A stretch of DNA of 64,000 nt from Lama glama (GCA_028534125.1 CM052818.1:43216001-43280000), one strand, 5' to 3'. Positions 22,705 to 37,421 are shown, counted from the stretch's first letter. Numbers and translations: made by a program. Notes: generated by a model not told the origin, from the sequence alone.

Positions 22705-23340
22705 CATTTATTTATTTACCATATATTGAGTGTTTACTCTGTATTGAAGCCCTTGCTAATCCATGAAATTGAGGAATAAATGAACCTTTGCCTTTCTAGT
22801 TACTCAGACATTGTTGAAAGAAATAGATACATAAACATCCAAGTTTAATTTGTCAAATACCATAGATTATTCACAGAACATTTTTTAAAGTGCAGACCTA
22901 TAGGATGTTTAATCTGGGAGTCAAGAAAGACTTAAAGTAGGAGGTCACCCACAGGAAGATCTTAAACAACGGGAGAGTTTATTTGATCAGGGTGTGGGTA
23001 ACTGATGGCTAAGGAAATCTGTTCGGACCAAATGCTATTCAAAGAGTGGTGATAAATGAGTGCAGGAGGACACGAGGCAAAATAAGATGCTGGGAATTAA
23101 GGTAGGAATATATATTCATGAAAGGACACTAGTGCTAACCTGAGGACTGTGAGTGTGTGTGTTTCTGTGTGCATGTACACACGTGTGTTTAATTTGCATA
23201 GGGGGGTGAAAAGTCAAACTTTTTACTAGAAAGGCAAATATGGTATCATTAGTAACAATACTGGTAGCAGGGAGACCAGTCTGAAACTGTCTCAAGATAC
23301 CTGGTGATGCTGTGATAAGCATGTGGACCAGGCATGGTGA
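22705..23340 (-). mobile_element. L2 LINE fragment
   Basis: catttatatttatttaccatatattgagtgtttactctgta...gggagtcaagaaagactt...ggtagcagggagaccagt. Confidence 0.55.
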
Positions 23341-23530
23341 ATTTCCGTCTAACTAGTTCTTCTCTTCTGTTTTAGTGGAAAGTTGTTTAGATTTGTGACC
23401 TAAAATAATCTACCCACGTTCAGCTGTTTCATGCAAAAGATTAACAACTAAGTCATAAAATTACAGAAGACAGTCAATCAGATAATAGTGATGCCATTTG
23501 GCATTTTCTGTGTATTCACTGTGTGCAAGG

Positions 23531-24248
23531 TAACAAAGGTCCTCTCCTTAACCAAACTCTAGCCAAGTTCCCGTGAGCCCTCTTTTTGAATAGGACTCAA
23601 CTTGACCCATAAAAACTACTCTCAGAAAAAAAATGGTTTCACCTAGTGCCCCCGTTTTACTCACATTCAAAGACTTAAATGCTAACATAGCATCTAACAG
23701 CTCAAGGCTGCATCCCCTAGGATGATGCTACCTCCACCTTAAAGTACCTGCCTGAGAAAGCTCAAGGCTGCCAAAGAATTTACCGTTTGTTCCAGCCCAG
23801 CCCTGACCATAGGCTCCTAACCTTTCTTTCTTACAACATTTACTAAAAAGGGCTTAAAATTGTGAATCTTTCCTCTGGCTCTTTGAGTTGCATCTCCTAC
23901 AACTCAAGAGTGACCGGAAAAGTGTCTCCTTTGAAATGTGATCATCAGGAAGGAAAGGACCTCTGTCTCCCAGTCTCTGGGGGAGAACAGAACCCTAACG
24001 TCCATCATCACCAGTGAACGGATGCAGTTGGCTGACTTGCATTTATACTGATCAGCTCTCTAAGTTCTCACTTACTGAGCCCCTCGGCACCTTTCCCTAT
24101 TCCTTCATGCTCCTTTTAAAATGCTCAGTCATCTCATTACAGATCCCAACTCAATTCAATTTATGCTGGACTCTTTTCCCTATTGCAATATGGTATTACC
24201 GATTAAACTCTGTCTTTATCACTTAACTCGCTTTGTTTACCTTTGACA
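23531..24248 (+). mobile_element. ERV1 solo LTR (MER31/MER67-like) inserted into a MIR fragment
   Basis: Starts taacaaaggtcctctccttaaccaaactctagcc, ends ctttgaca; ATTAAA at 24202; flanks AAGG/CAGG form an imperfect 4-bp TSD; interrupts MIR-like cactgtgtgc...aggca. Confidence 0.7.
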
Positions 24249-27200
24249 CAGGCATGGTTGGTGACAGGTTTGTCCAATCATTGACACCTTTGCTCCACAT
24301 AATCAGATCCTGCAAAATACTTGTTGGCTTCATTTTCCATTATTATTACCTTCTGTGTGTGATCCCAACTCTCTAGGCAATTAAAGCACATGGAGAAACT
24401 TTTAAATAGCAAAGAGGTAAAATATTTCAAGTCTAAATCCAGTTTATCCTGGCAACTGGAAGAATATGCTTCTGTGAGTTCCTAGTTAAAGACTGCAGTT
24501 CCCAAGTATACAGAAAGCAAAACAGTGTAGTTGTGTGGCTTCATTACTTACAATCCCCCAGATTCGGCGAGAGAAAAAGCATAAAGTGTGTACAGAGAAG
24601 CTCTCGGGGATATAGGCTCAATTTAACCCTTAAGCACATAATTCAGATTATTTCATTTATAACTTGATCTTTTGCCTGTAACACAGATTGCTCCCAAATA
24701 TGTTCCCAGATCTCACACCAGGAAAGAGCTAATAAAAATGCAGTTCTTCCTTCAGCTACCGTCTGCTCTTGATTCCATGTGGTTAAATCAAGTTTGGAAA
24801 CAAAAATATTTGTTAGGGGGATGTCATTTAATTATGGGTCAGGAGCTGGGGGAAGGGTCATTTCCCTCCTACTTCCCCCAAGAAAGAGGTTTTTACTTTC
24901 TTATGCTAGGACCTCCCTCTTTTTAGAAGCTATCTGTTTGCACATATATGTGCAATAATTGAACACAGTTGCCTAATTTTTTTTAAATAAATGAGTATGG
25001 TAATAATTATAGACAAGAAAAAAACATTTCCAGCAATCAACTTCCAACTTAATATGTTGAAGAGCTCTCCAACATTCAGAACAATTAAAAACTGGAAATG
25101 ATTTGCTTGGACAGTCATGGCTACTACGTAATGAAAGGTATTTATGAAAAAGCCAGAATGACTTATTGGTAAGGATTGATATTTAATTAATTCATTAGAC
25201 AAACATGGCCTTCTTCAATTGTTAAACTCCACTATCAATCTGAGTTATTCTAACAGTATAATCTGTGAATCCTTGCAGAAACTTTCTTTCAACTGTGTGA
25301 TCTCCTGAGCCCTAATGACCTTTACAACTTCTCCATTCCATTCAAACAATCTCAGTAGCCTTACCACCTACACACTTGCAGGTAAACATAATTAGGCTGA
25401 GGGCTGGACTTGTCATCTTGTGATGAGCTGAACTAATGAATGTGGATGACAATCTCCTGTATTTCTTGGAGGACAAAAGCCTAACCAGGTTCTAATAATT
25501 GCATATCTTTCCCATCTTTAGCCTGGACTCCATGGCTAAATCTCTTCCACGATTTCTGCACAGCCTCCCCCCCACCTCCTCCAGCTCCTTTGCCCTTGTC
25601 ACTTTTCATCACCCCTTCTCAGTTACACCATGCCCTCTTCCCCAGCTCTGGATATTTTTTCTGCTCTTAATTTCAGGAAAATTAAACACAACTTAAAAAT
25701 ACCAAAATGGAAAATGTTAAACTAGGTTCTCAATTAAAATCCCAAGGGAGAGTTCTTTCAAAGAAGAAATTAGCTAATGCCATGTGCTTATGCCTTCATG
25801 ACTATTACTCTGACTTCCTAAGTGCTTCATCATGACACCTCGTCACGGCGCTTGCTCCTGCAGTTAGAATTTTGTCTTAGTCTTACTGGCCTGGGAGCTG
25901 AAATGTGAATCCTCAAACTCTTTCACCTTTTCTCCCAGCACAGTCATAGGCCAAGAGGAGGTCTGATAGCCTGCCAGATGGTCCTCAACTCTCAGGGTGA
26001 GAATACACATTAAAGTGTTCCATGGCATTGCTATAACTTCCACTGGTGCAATCTCATTATCTCTTAATTTCCTGCCCTTTGCCCAGTACCTGGTGTCTCA
26101 GAGTATCCATCCTTCAGTAATACATGCCATCTTGGCCAATCTTCAAACTATGCTTTTATGAGAACACATTTCCATATTGCACATTCAGAAAAAAAAATTG
26201 TATCAATCTGTCAGAAAAATGAAACACTGAATTTTTTCCCTTGTTAATCCTGTACTAGAAGAGGTGCCCTGAAAGTGACAACTGACTATTTCAGACAACT
26301 GCACAATGTCTCTGTTACAAAACCCTTTGGTCTGGGTGAATTCAAGTGGGAGCATGTTTAAAGTCATTCTAAGAGAATAAAACTCCTATTTCAATATGGC
26401 TCTCATGTTTTAAAGGGTTGCTGGTTTTATCCTTGAACAGTTTTTTAAAATTCTCCAAATTTCATGAGAGAGACTAGAAGAGGAAATTGATTGTAATTTT
26501 TAACTTTATTAAAAATATCAATCTAGCTTTCATGAGCATGATTTATGAGAGCTTCTTCAAAACTGCAAGTAAAAGAATCTAGGAAACACAGATACATAAC
26601 ACAATATGAAAGCTGAGAATCTTACGCATCCCAAACATATAGTATTGTAGAAAAAATAGCATGTTACTTCAAAGACACATTTATTTATTTTCAGAAAGTA
26701 AGAATATGAGGACTTCAGCCATGCTATGTTAAACTTAAGAAGGCTATTATGTAGGTTGAGGTAGCATTCTGCTGGCCTAGACATTATTTAATTTATATTA
26801 TTTGTGATCTCATCACATAGTATTGTAAACAATAAATTCTGAAATGTGAAATTCATATAGAGGTTAATCAAAATCAAATTGTATATTATGATTATTTATT
26901 TGAGGAAAGTATTTCAGTTAGTAAGTACCCTGTTGATTTTTATCTAAATGCACAATTAAATACTGTAAATTATAAAATATTCTTAAAGAAATTAAGTCTA
27001 GGAGGGAAATGTACACTAGGGAGAAATAAGATGGCATTAAGCCATCCAGAATACTTACAAAAGCATTGAAATGTTCCCTACTTTTATATATAAACAAGAA
27101 CCATAAATTAGATCACTTGAAATACAGAACATACACATCTTCAAGGGCACTGGAGTAATTCAATGCTGTGTAGGATTAGTTTTTTAAGAATGCATTGGAA

Positions 27201-27689
27201 AGCCCCTAAGGGTCTCATACCTTACTAAATTCAAACTTCTAATGCTCTCATTTCAACTTTGTCAAACATAGTACTAGACCCTAAGCTAGGAATATGCTAT
27301 TTAGAGGAAAATAAAATATAAAAGCACACCAATGTGCTGTAAGTTGTAGATGTATTGTATGGGCAGAAAATGTTTTAACCTTAAATATAGAATTTAATTT
27401 AAAGGCAGTAATCCAAAGAGGAAGAGTAAGAAGTTACTTTATGGAAAGGAACTGAACTGTTTCCTAAACAAAGATCAAACATGACTTAATCTTCTTTGGC
27501 TAGGCAAACAATGCAAAAGTCATGGCTGCAAAAGTTGTTGAAACTTACTGAAGTCTATATAAAACCCTACTAAATTATATTGCTATAATAATAAAAAATA
27601 CAACATTGTCCAATATAACTTAACATTATTCCCTCCATAAGACCAAGAGAGTCATATGATTTCATACTAATACATATTATAATATTCTA

Positions 27690-29680
27690 GGTAAATGCAT
27701 AACTATTCTTTAAGTTAGTAAATATCATATTTGAATTAGAATCCAAGGTTTATTTCATGAATTCAAAAACATATTTAAATAAAAACTTAAATAATATATA
27801 TATATACAGAATCTGTATTCTGAAAGCTACAAAGCACTGATAGAAGAAATCAAAGAAGACTTAAGTAAATGAAGACATACGGTGTTCACAGATTGGAAGG
27901 TTCAACATAGCAAAAGTGTAATTTCTCCCCAAATTGATCTATAAATGTAATGTAAAAACAATCAAGACATTTTTGTAGGCATAGGTGAGTTGATTCTAAA
28001 ATGTATGTGTGGTAGGCTGAAAAATGCTATCCCCAAAATATCCATATTCTATTTTCTGGAACCTAAGGATGATACCTTATACGGTGGGGGAGATCCTTGC
28101 AGATGTGATTAAGGATCTTGAGGTGGAGAGATTATCCTGGATTATTCAAGTGGTCCCAAATGCAGTCACAAGTGTCCTTGTAAGTGGGAACAGATAGACA
28201 CTTGACACAGACACACAGAAGACAAGGCAATGTGAAGATAGATCAGAGATACTTGGCGATGCTGGCCTTGAAGATGGGAACGATGCAGACACAAGCCAGA
28301 GCAGCCACTGGAAGCTGGAAGAGGAAAGGAATGGGATCTCCCCTAGAGCTCCTGGAAGAAGTACAGCTCTGGAAACACTTTGATTTTGGCCAGTGATACT
28401 GATTGGAGACTTCTGGCCTCCAGAACTGTTTCTGTTGTTTTAAGCCACTGAGTTTGTGATATGGTGTTATGGCAGCTCCAAAAAAAAAAAAAAATGGAAT
28501 AAGGAAATGAAAAAGACCTAGAATAGACAAGACAATTTTGAAAAAGAAGAAACCAGGTTGTATGTTTTATAACTTCTCTTCTTCTAAAAAGTGTTAAAAA
28601 CAAGAAAAAAACTATAGACTGAAAAATACAAAATACATTGTATTTGACGAAATAATTGGATACAAAAATAAATGAAAAGTTGTCAAAACTAAACAATAAT
28701 AAGATAGCACCCTAAAAATGGAAATATATTTATAAACAAGCAAGTGACCACATAAAGATACAGATTTTGTATAAGCACAGGAAAAGCTGTGTAAGATCAT
28801 TAGTCAGGGAAAGGCAAATTTAACCATGTGCAACAGAAGATTGCAGCTACTGAATAGATAAAACACTGACAATACTGTACCTTTTTCTGTATTATTACTT
28901 TTAATGTCATATAAGAAGAGGAAGGCCAATTTCTACTGAAGAGTCCTAATGTGATCAAGAAAAGACCATGTGCCATGGGATAGGCTGCCTTCTGATGGAC
29001 CCCTGACAAGAATGCAGAGCAACTGGAACTTCCATACGTCAGTACTCAGAATGCTACATAGTACAGGTGCTTTGGGAAGACGTTTGGTATTTTCTTATCA
29101 GGTTAAACGTATACAAAGACTCAGTACTCCCACTCGTAGACATTTACCCAGGAGAAATAAACGTGTATGTCCATAAAAAGATGTGCACTCAAATACTGAG
29201 AGTAGATTTATTCACACACACACACACACATACACACACACACACACACACTGGGAACAACCCCCATATCTATCTTAGTTTGAAAAGATTAGCACACTGT
29301 GTTCATACAATGAAATACTAACCAGCAATAAAAAGGGTTTGACTATGGATCTATGCACAACATTGATTTTAAAAAAACCTATATGCTAAGTGAAAGAAGC
29401 CAGAAACATAGGCAGATGAATTGCGTGGTTTAATGTCATGAAATTCTGGAAAAAGGCATAACTATTGGGACAAAAATCTGTTTAGTTATACTCACGGGTT
29501 GGGGGTTGATGGGACAATTGACCATAAAAGACATAAGGAAAGTTTTGGGGGTAGTGAAAAAAATACTCTATTTCTTATTTATGGTGGTATTTTCATAACT
29601 ATACACGTTTGCCACAATTTAGAGAATTACACATAAACAGAATGGATTTTTATGTTTTTTATCATCCTGGTAAAAATAAC
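27690..29680 (+). mobile_element. Old L1M (ORF2 remnants and 3' end), interrupted by an MLT1 LTR
   Basis: tgaaagctacaaagcactgatagaagaaatcaaagaagacttaagtaaatgaagac...; resumes at gaaaaagacctagaatagacaagacaattttgaaaaagaag; 3' UTR-like gctaagtgaaagaagccaga. Confidence 0.75.
28008..28490 (+). mobile_element. MaLR solo LTR (MLT1B/C/D-like)
   Basis: tgtggtaggctgaaaaatg...gcagatgtgattaaggatcttgaggtggagagattatcctggatta...gacttctggcctccagaactg...gttttaagccactgagtttgtg. Confidence 0.85.
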
Positions 29681-30629
29681 TACTCTGAAATTCAAACAAA
29701 TATTTACAGAACAAGTGGCAAGTATTAGGTTTTAAAGGATGCTTATATGTGCTTCTGTATGAGTGTGCCTATTTGACTGGCAGTAATTAATTTTTTATTT
29801 GCAAACAAACAAGGTAGAGACAAAGTGCCTTATTTCAGGCAATATGCTAGGCTGGAATGTATTTGGTGGCAGTAAAGTTGGCCAGCTTTTGCCTGGGCAT
29901 CTCACAGCATCAATACTCACTACATCAGTGGTTCCCGGGATCCACTTCGTGCCTAAGGTTTTTCATGGCACATCTGACTGTACCTTTGTGTGAAGAATTC
30001 ACCCTATAAGAATCCAAGCGTATCTTCAGATCCAAAGTAAGGATTCGTCAAGTTTAGTAAGTTGGGCAGTGTCAGAGAGCTGCAATTGTTGCCACAAGGA
30101 ATCAAACTAAATTCTCTGCTGTCAAGGTTGGAGCTTTTATCATCATGGCAGGACTTCTCCTCACCTGTATGTTATGGTCTGGTGGTACATTTCTAGAATA
30201 GATTGTCAGATTCAGGATGACTGACAGGGAAGTTTCTCAGGGTTGTGACACAAGTCGTTTTAATTGATTCTAATTTATACGAATTTTCTTATTGCTTTTT
30301 TTGTGTTGTATAGTAATCCTTGTTCAGTGAAGAATAATTGGAATTTATAGCAAAGCTCAAAGGAAACTAACACCTATATCCCACTTGAAAATGTCATTTA
30401 TTAATATGTTGGAATTTTTTGACGTTCTTCCAAATGCATATGTGTATAAATTTTGCAAAATAAAATCTTATTAAAAGGTTATCATTTTAACTGAATATTT
30501 ATTATGACCCACTTTCTATATCAATAAATATAGATCTCTGACAGTATTTTAGATCTTTGTCTTATATTAGTATTATAGATCTTTGATGATGTTTTATTGA
30601 ATGAATATGAATAAGGAAATATATAATTC

Positions 30630-31510
30630 AATAAACATTTTCAGATGGAAGATGTTTTTTCCCCTAAGATCAGGAACAAGGCAATGAATAATTGGTTTAT
30701 GAAATAATTTTTAAAATATCACCTACAGTAGAACCCAAAATAAGGAAATACTATGTATAGAATCTATCTCCAAAAAAAATTACTCATACGCAAGAAATCA
30801 AAGAGCAAAATAAATGGATAGATTCCCCATGTTCATGGATTAGAAGACAGCACTGTTTAGACTTCATTCTCCTCCCCCAACTTGATCTATTTATTGATTA
30901 CAATTCCAATTAAAATCCAATTTATTTTGTAGTTATCAACAGACTGAATCTAAAGCTTACATAGAAAGGCAAAAGACCTAGAATACGCAACACAGTACTG
31001 AGGAAGGACAACACAGCTGGGAGAGTCACACGACTGTATTTCAAGGCTTTCCATAGAACTACAGTAGGCTTGCTTTCTAAAGCTGTTCTCCAATAGAAGG
31101 AATCAGGGTTCCTTGGAGAAATGATTGATCTATGACTAGGTCAGGACATATAAAAGGTCATCCTGGAGCATTTTGTGGTGCCTCAAAGCTGTCAAGTTTT
31201 TTGAAAACAAGGAAATCTGGGGAACTGCTACAGACAAGAAGAACCTAAGGAAGTGGTGAGTAAAAACAGTGTGGTATTTTGGATAGAATCCCGTAAGAGA
31301 AGAAAAAAGGATATTAAGCAAAAACTAAGGAAATCAGAATAAAGTACAGATTTTAGTTAATAATAATATGTTAATACTAGTTTCTTAATTGAAACAAATA
31401 TATGAAAGGAAGATGTTTAATAATAGGGGAAATGAATATGAGGGATGCTGGAACTTTGTACAACTGTCACAATTTTTCCTGTAAGTCGAATTCTACCCTA
31501 AAGTAAAAAT
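30630..31510 (+). mobile_element. L1MC-like fragments (ORF2 remnant and 3' end)
   Basis: ttcccctaagatcaggaacaaggcaa; ccatgttcatggattagaagac; gaaggaatcagggttccttggagaaatg...; aactgtcacaatttttcctgtaagtc. Confidence 0.7.
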
Positions 31511-31729
31511 AATTAGTACAAAACAAGGCAGGGCTAGAAGAATAAAGGGACAAAGTACACACAGTATGAACAAAACAAATAGGAAGATGGTAGACTAAAA
31601 ACCAACTCAATCATTAACCAAATTTGACTAAGTTAACCATATCTTTCTTGAAAAATATATCTTGGTTTGGTTTTGTGATACTGCTTTTTAATTCGGCAAA
31701 CTTTTTTTTGTTACTTCTCTACCCACCTT

Positions 31730-32390
31730 GCAATTATTGAAGAGCCACAGAGCTCAGTATGAGCCTTCTCTTCTGAGACGGCAGCATCCGTTCCCGTAAT
31801 TTTCAATACTGTGCTATGTGCACTTGAATTAATGCCATAAATCAGACTTCTACCCTGAGATCCAGAACATATCTAAGATTTTAGCTACCTCCTCTCGAGT
31901 GAGTATCTTAAATATATTTTAAACTTCACATAAATAAATTTGACATTTTTATCCACTTCGCTAACCTTTAATCTTGTGTTCCCCCCAGATTCTGCCATTT
32001 TGTTCAATGGGTCGATGTCTAGTTATGTCAATCAGAAATCTAGGAGTTACCCTTGATCCCTCTTTTCATTTAATTTCCACATCCAATCTGTAGGCAAGAC
32101 TCCTAAACTTTGCAACAAGAATCTCATATTCATTAATTTTTTTTCCATTCTGCACTATTACCATGGTAAATCAAGTCACTATCATCTCTCATAGACCACT
32201 GCACTAACCTTTTAACTGTTCTCTTTTTTTTCCGTGGTAGGCCACATTTCCTTAATTATCTAAAAAGAAGCTGAAGTTATCTCTTTAAATATAAATCAGA
32301 TTATGTTAATATCCTACTTAAATTCCTCCATTGAATTCCCATTCATTAAAGTAATATTCAGATTTTGCAAGGCTTATTCTGTATTATCAC
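31730..32390 (+). mobile_element. L2 LINE fragment
   Basis: cagaaatctaggagttacccttgatccctc...cacatccaatctgtaggcaagactcc...tttaaatataaatcagattatgtt. Confidence 0.65.
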
Positions 32391-32638
32391 ATGTCCCCTT
32401 TTTCCCTTTCCCTCATTTATTCATTGATTTCTGCTCCCCCCCATCCTGCAAATATTTACTATGTTCCAGAACTACTGTAGAATCTTGGAATCCATTATTC
32501 CAAGATGACAATAACTTTTGTAATGGAGTTTACATTAGAGAGGAAGAGGGACAGTACCAAGAGAAAAAACAAATTCACAGAAAATCTTTGCTATTCATGA
32601 TAGCATCAAAGCAAAAAAGTTAAAACAAAACAAAATGT

Positions 32639-32755
32639 GAAAACGAATATATGTATGTATATGTATGACTGAAACATTAGTTTGTACACCAGAAATTGAC
32701 ACAACATTGTAAACCGACTGTACTTCAATAAAAAATAAAATAAAATAAAATAAAC
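32639..32755 (+). mobile_element. Very short 5'-truncated young L1 3' end with (AAAAT)n tail
   Basis: gaaaacgaatatatgtatgtatatgtatgactgaaacatt...gtacaccagaaattgacacaacattgtaaaccgactgtacttcaataaaa; homologous to the L1 tail at 9935-10013. Confidence 0.85.
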
Positions 32756-33127
32756 ATGCAAACTAATATACCTTAATAACCAAAGGAAAAATATGATTGC
32801 TCCATGAACCTTAAATACTTTGTCAAAACAGTAAAAACTCTTATTGCCAACTTAAAAAATATAGGGAAATGTTTTAAAAATTAAAAAATAATATTTACCT
32901 AGTGTACTGTAATTTAAAATATTAGCAACATTGAGAACTAGAGTGGGGGTTTTTGGCTTGTAAAAAATTTACCAGAGGTAGTTTGAGCTATGTTTTTGAC
33001 TTCAAGTTGTATAATTTATAAAAGAGTAAATAAGCATGTTTTCTATGACTTGGCAAATTGTCATACCCCTTTCTAAGTCTGTATCATTTCTGAACACTTC
33101 ATTCTCTTTGTTTTTTGTATCATGAAG

Positions 33128-33492
33128 TATGGATCCTCCTTAATAAAGTTACATCCCAATAAATCCACTCTATGTTGAAAATATAGCATATTTTATAGCC
33201 TAACCTACCAAACATCATAGGTTAGCCTAGCCTAAGCTTAGCCTGTCTTAAATGAGCTCAGAATACTTACATTTTTAGCCTACAGTTGGGCAAAATCAAC
33301 TAACACAAAGCCTATTTTAGAACAAATTCTTGAGTATCTCATGTAGTTTATTGAATAATATACTGAAAGTGAAAAGACAGAATGGTTGTCTGGATACAAT
33401 ATTGTTGAAATGCACCTTGCTGACCCTTGTGATCCGTGGTCATGCACAGCGCGACCCAGCATCACGAGGAGGCTCCACCACGTATCGCTAGT
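33128..33492 (+). mobile_element. Tigger4 (Zombi)-like DNA transposon
   Basis: cctaacctaccaaacatcataggttagcctagcc...agcctacagttgggcaaaatcaactaacacaaagcctatttta...actgaaagtgaaaagacagaatggttgt. Confidence 0.8.
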
Positions 33493-33740
33493 TACGTACT
33501 TGGCAATTCACGCACTCAAGGGATAGCTGTGAAGTTTCCACTTTATATAATTATTTCCAGTGACTGTTCTTTATAGTCACTGAAATTTGAATCATGTAGT
33601 TGGGGGAGTCTGGTGTTATCTAACTAAATGACAGTAATTTAAATTTATGCAGATCAGAACCATGCAAAATGAGGACTGTTCATGCTAAGAGTCTGTGAGT
33701 ACTAGGAAGACAACAAAGGCACAAAGTAAGGAGAAAGAGA

Positions 33741-34086
33741 GTGTCTCGCAGCTCAGGCAGCTGTCACAAGCCACCAAGACTAGGTGGCTTAAACAAACAT
33801 TTATTTCTTACAGTTCTGGAAGCTGGAAATCCTAGCCTAGGGTGCCAGCATTGCCGAGTTCTCCTTGGTCTGCAGTACGGCCATCCTTGCTGTATCCTCA
33901 CGTGTCTGAGAGAGAGCTCTGGTCTCTTCATCCTTTTACATGGACACGAATCCCATGATGGGGGCTCCACCCTCATGACCTCATGGAAACCTAATTCCCT
34001 CCCAAAGGTCCTGCCTCCAAATACCATCACTTTGGGGAGCAGGGCTTCTGCATATGGATCTTAGGGACACAATTCAGGCTGAAGCA
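33741..34086 (-). mobile_element. MaLR solo LTR (MLT1A-like)
   Basis: gactaggtggcttaaacaaacatttatttcttacagttctggaagctggaaatcc...ccaccctcatgacctca...cctcccaaaggtcctgcctccaaataccatcac. Confidence 0.85.
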
Positions 34087-34199
34087 GAAAGTCCGAAGCA
34101 GGGAGTGACAGAAGAAGCGCTAACTTGACAGAAGATCAGGAAATTTCTTGGTTAAGAGGTGATATTTGAGTGAAGTGGAAAAGAGCCTTCAGTCAGATC

Positions 34200-34615
34200 T
34201 CACCTTCCTGTCTTCCATGCTTTTCCCTTGGCCTCCCATCCTATTTCTGCTGCTGCGCCTTTGAGCCTCCGTGTTTATTTTCTCTGTGACTGCAATTCAC
34301 TTTCTTTAGCTGACTCACCCCCACTAACAGTTCTTAACTCCCACATCTACGGAAAGACTATTCTTGAGACATATCTGATGCTGCCCCAGAGAATTAGTGT
34401 ATAGTTTATCACCCTGTCTTTTCCTTCATGGATTCTATCAGAATTTGTAATTATGTCATTTGTTTAGTTCTTTATGTCTTTCTCATTAGAATAAATTTGT
34501 ATAAGAACAAAGAACTTGCCTGCCTTATTTGCAAGGTATGTCTAGCCCCAAAGCGTGTGTTGTATGAGATGAGGAATATTTAATAAATGTCTTTTGAGTA
34601 AAGGAATAAAATGAT
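34200..34615 (+). mobile_element. L2 3' end
   Basis: ctttctcattagaataaatttgtataagaacaaagaacttgcctgcctt...taataaatgtcttttgagtaaaggaata. Confidence 0.55.
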
Positions 34616-35774
34616 TTCTTATGCTGTTGTACCATAAGAAGGAAGTTATACATGTTTTATCTCTAGCCCATGATAAGGATTCATCCTACATTAGACGTTT
34701 GGTATTGTTTGACTAATGAATAGTATTTATGTATCTTCTCTAGATGTTCCCTCTTTTTAAATCAATGTCCAAATTTAATTATTTAAAGTGTTTATGAAAT
34801 ACTTATAATTTATTTGACATTAAAAAATAAAATATTCTCTTTGTATATTTTCCATATGGCCTAGTATTACTCTCAATTCAAATAATTTGAGTTGTCCTTA
34901 AATCAGTGGTATTTATATTTCTTCTCTTAACATGACTTCTCAGTCCTTCTATTACAGCATAACTCCTTGTAAACATTTTCTGTAAAAGAGACATTTTTAC
35001 CCTCAAAATTCTAAAAATATCCTTCCCTTTATCTTCTTGAAAAAAAAAAAACAGTTCAAATGATTTCCTTAAGACATCATTTATCAGCTGCCTTTCTTGT
35101 ACTGGAAAGCGAAGTTTCATCTACACATATCTGGCTTTCAAGAAATAAAGGGGGAAATCTTTATAGGATGTGGTGAGAAAATAAAATATCAATATACGTG
35201 TGTTCGTATAGACATGCGTGTTCACAAAATAACATGTATGGATATATTTATATTTATGTCTTTTTGTATCTACCTTATAAACAATATTATTATGGAAAGA
35301 GTGTGGTGTTTTATATATTTGCTTCTCTGTAGAGTTTTACACTTTTTATAATGTGAACAAGGTAAGAATTATTTACCTTAATGATATAAAAGATATGATT
35401 TAAAAGATATGATTAATATTAGATCCAGGTATTTTTTAGCATATGTACATGTACCTGTAAAATTGTTTCAACACAGTTTACTAGAAATTTGGAGTAATAG
35501 AAACTCTTGCTCTCATGTTATCTAAATTCAATGTTTTTAAATATATAAAACTTAGTCATTGTGTTAGGAAGTGACTTGCCCCAAGGCTACACAATGAATA
35601 GTAATAAAATTGATACTAAAATAATATTACCAGTACCACCACAAATTTAAGAGCCATCTGCTAATGAAAAATGAAAATATGAAAGCTGTAATGGGTTCAT
35701 AAGGTTCCAATATTGCTTTACGAAAGAAGTAAACAATGAAAACAGTAACAGAAATAGCGTAAGGCCACAGCAAT

Positions 35775-35990
35775 AAAGATTATTTATTAAGTACTTTTTA
35801 GATGGTAAGCATCATTCTAACCACTTTATATATGTTATCATACTACGTAATTTCTCAACAAAACCCAGAGATTTATAGCATCATCATATCCTTATCTGTA
35901 GAATAAAAATGAGTCAGAGTTAAAATTGCCTGAGTTCACATAGACAGTAATATTTAAGGTCCAAATAATGTGATTCTAGTACTATTAAAG
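35775..35990 (-). mobile_element. MIR SINE
   Basis: atttattaagtactttttagatggtaagcatcattctaaccactttata...gagtcagagttaaaattgcctgagttcacatag. Confidence 0.6.
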
Positions 35991-36902
35991 CTTTGTACCT
36001 GATTATTTTTTATTAATCCTTTTTACTAAAGAATGTAATACAGTCATGAATCATAAGCACACACAAAGTTGACAAACTCATATAACAACAGCAAGTAGAA
36101 AATTACTAGCCCTCCAGGGACTGTCCTCAGCCCCTTTATAAACTACCCTTTCTTTCTCTCAAAATGTAACTACTATCCTGACTTCTGACACCATAGCTTA
36201 GTTTTGACTTTTTTTTTAATTTTATAGGTTGAATCGCATAGTATTTCGTTCTTTCTGGCTAGCTTCTTTCATTGTTTCTATGCTGTACATATCAGTAGTT
36301 TGTTCTTTCCCATTGCTGTATCATCTTCCATCACGTATATATTCTACAACTTACTGGTTCATTCCACTCACTATTGCTGGATATTGGGGTTGGAGCTGTT
36401 ATCATCAGTACTGCTATGAACATTCTGTTATATTATTTCTGGGTATCCCGTTGTTCCATCGCCATTTGAAGAGATTGTCTTTTTAGTGCTACTTGGATTG
36501 CCACCTACTATACAAACATGTTAAAGAACTCACACACCTCCATAGAGGTCTATTTCCTTACACTTGCACCAATATTAAACTGTTTTGACTCTTTAATTTA
36601 ATGATGAAGTTGACATCTTGTAGTGTAAGTCCTCTGTGTTCTTACTCAAAATTGTCTTGACTATTTCTTGCATTTTTATATACACTTCAGAACCAATCTG
36701 TTAATTCCCACACACATATCAAACTTGTATTTTGATCAAGAATGTATTGAATCCACACAATAATGAGGCTCCTAACCCATAAACACATTCCATCACATAT
36801 TTGTATATTCTTTATGTTTCTTAATTACATTTTATAGTTTCAGTGTACGTGCCATGTATATCTTTTGTCAGGTATATTATAAAGGTTTATTTTTATGAAA
36901 TT

Positions 36903-37421
36903 CATGGTGACTGTAAATATGACCCCCAAATTCTTGGACATTCCTTTCACTGACAGATGGGGTCTATGTTCTTCCCCTTTAAATCTGCATGGACTTGTAA
37001 CTCACTTGTAACCAACCGAGTTGAGTGACTTTGGAGGCTATGTTAGTAAGGGTTTTAGCTTCTACCTGTTTATGGGAAATTTATTTTTAAAGTCTAGAGC
37101 CAGCTATCAAGTAGAAAGTTCAGCTATGCTGAGAACAGCACAGGGGAGGAAGGCCAGGACACACAAAGATGTCACAGTGGGTGCAGCCACCAGCCAGTAT
37201 CGACTGCCAGTCCTGTGAGTACAATGCCACAAATGATTCCAGTCTACAGCCCTTAAAAGTTGTCCCAATAGAGCCCTTGATACTGTGGATAAAAGAAAAA
37301 TCAGTCCTGCTGTGTCCAGTGTAAATTCTTTATCCACGGACTCCATAAGCACACTAAAATAGTTGTTTTAAGTTTGTAAGTTTAGTGATAATTTGTTACA
37401 CCAGCACCAGTAACTGGAACA
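36903..37421 (+). mobile_element. MaLR solo LTR (MLT1G/H-like)
   Basis: gatggggtctatgttcttcccctttaaatctg...tccacggactccataagcacactaaaatagttgtttta...taatttgttacaccagcaccagtaactggaaca. Confidence 0.75.

Noticed and set aside
35387..35414. 14-bp tandem duplication TAAAAGATATGATT x2 (similar micro-duplications near 48920 and 53656)
   Set aside because: Ordinary slippage duplications with no sign of function.
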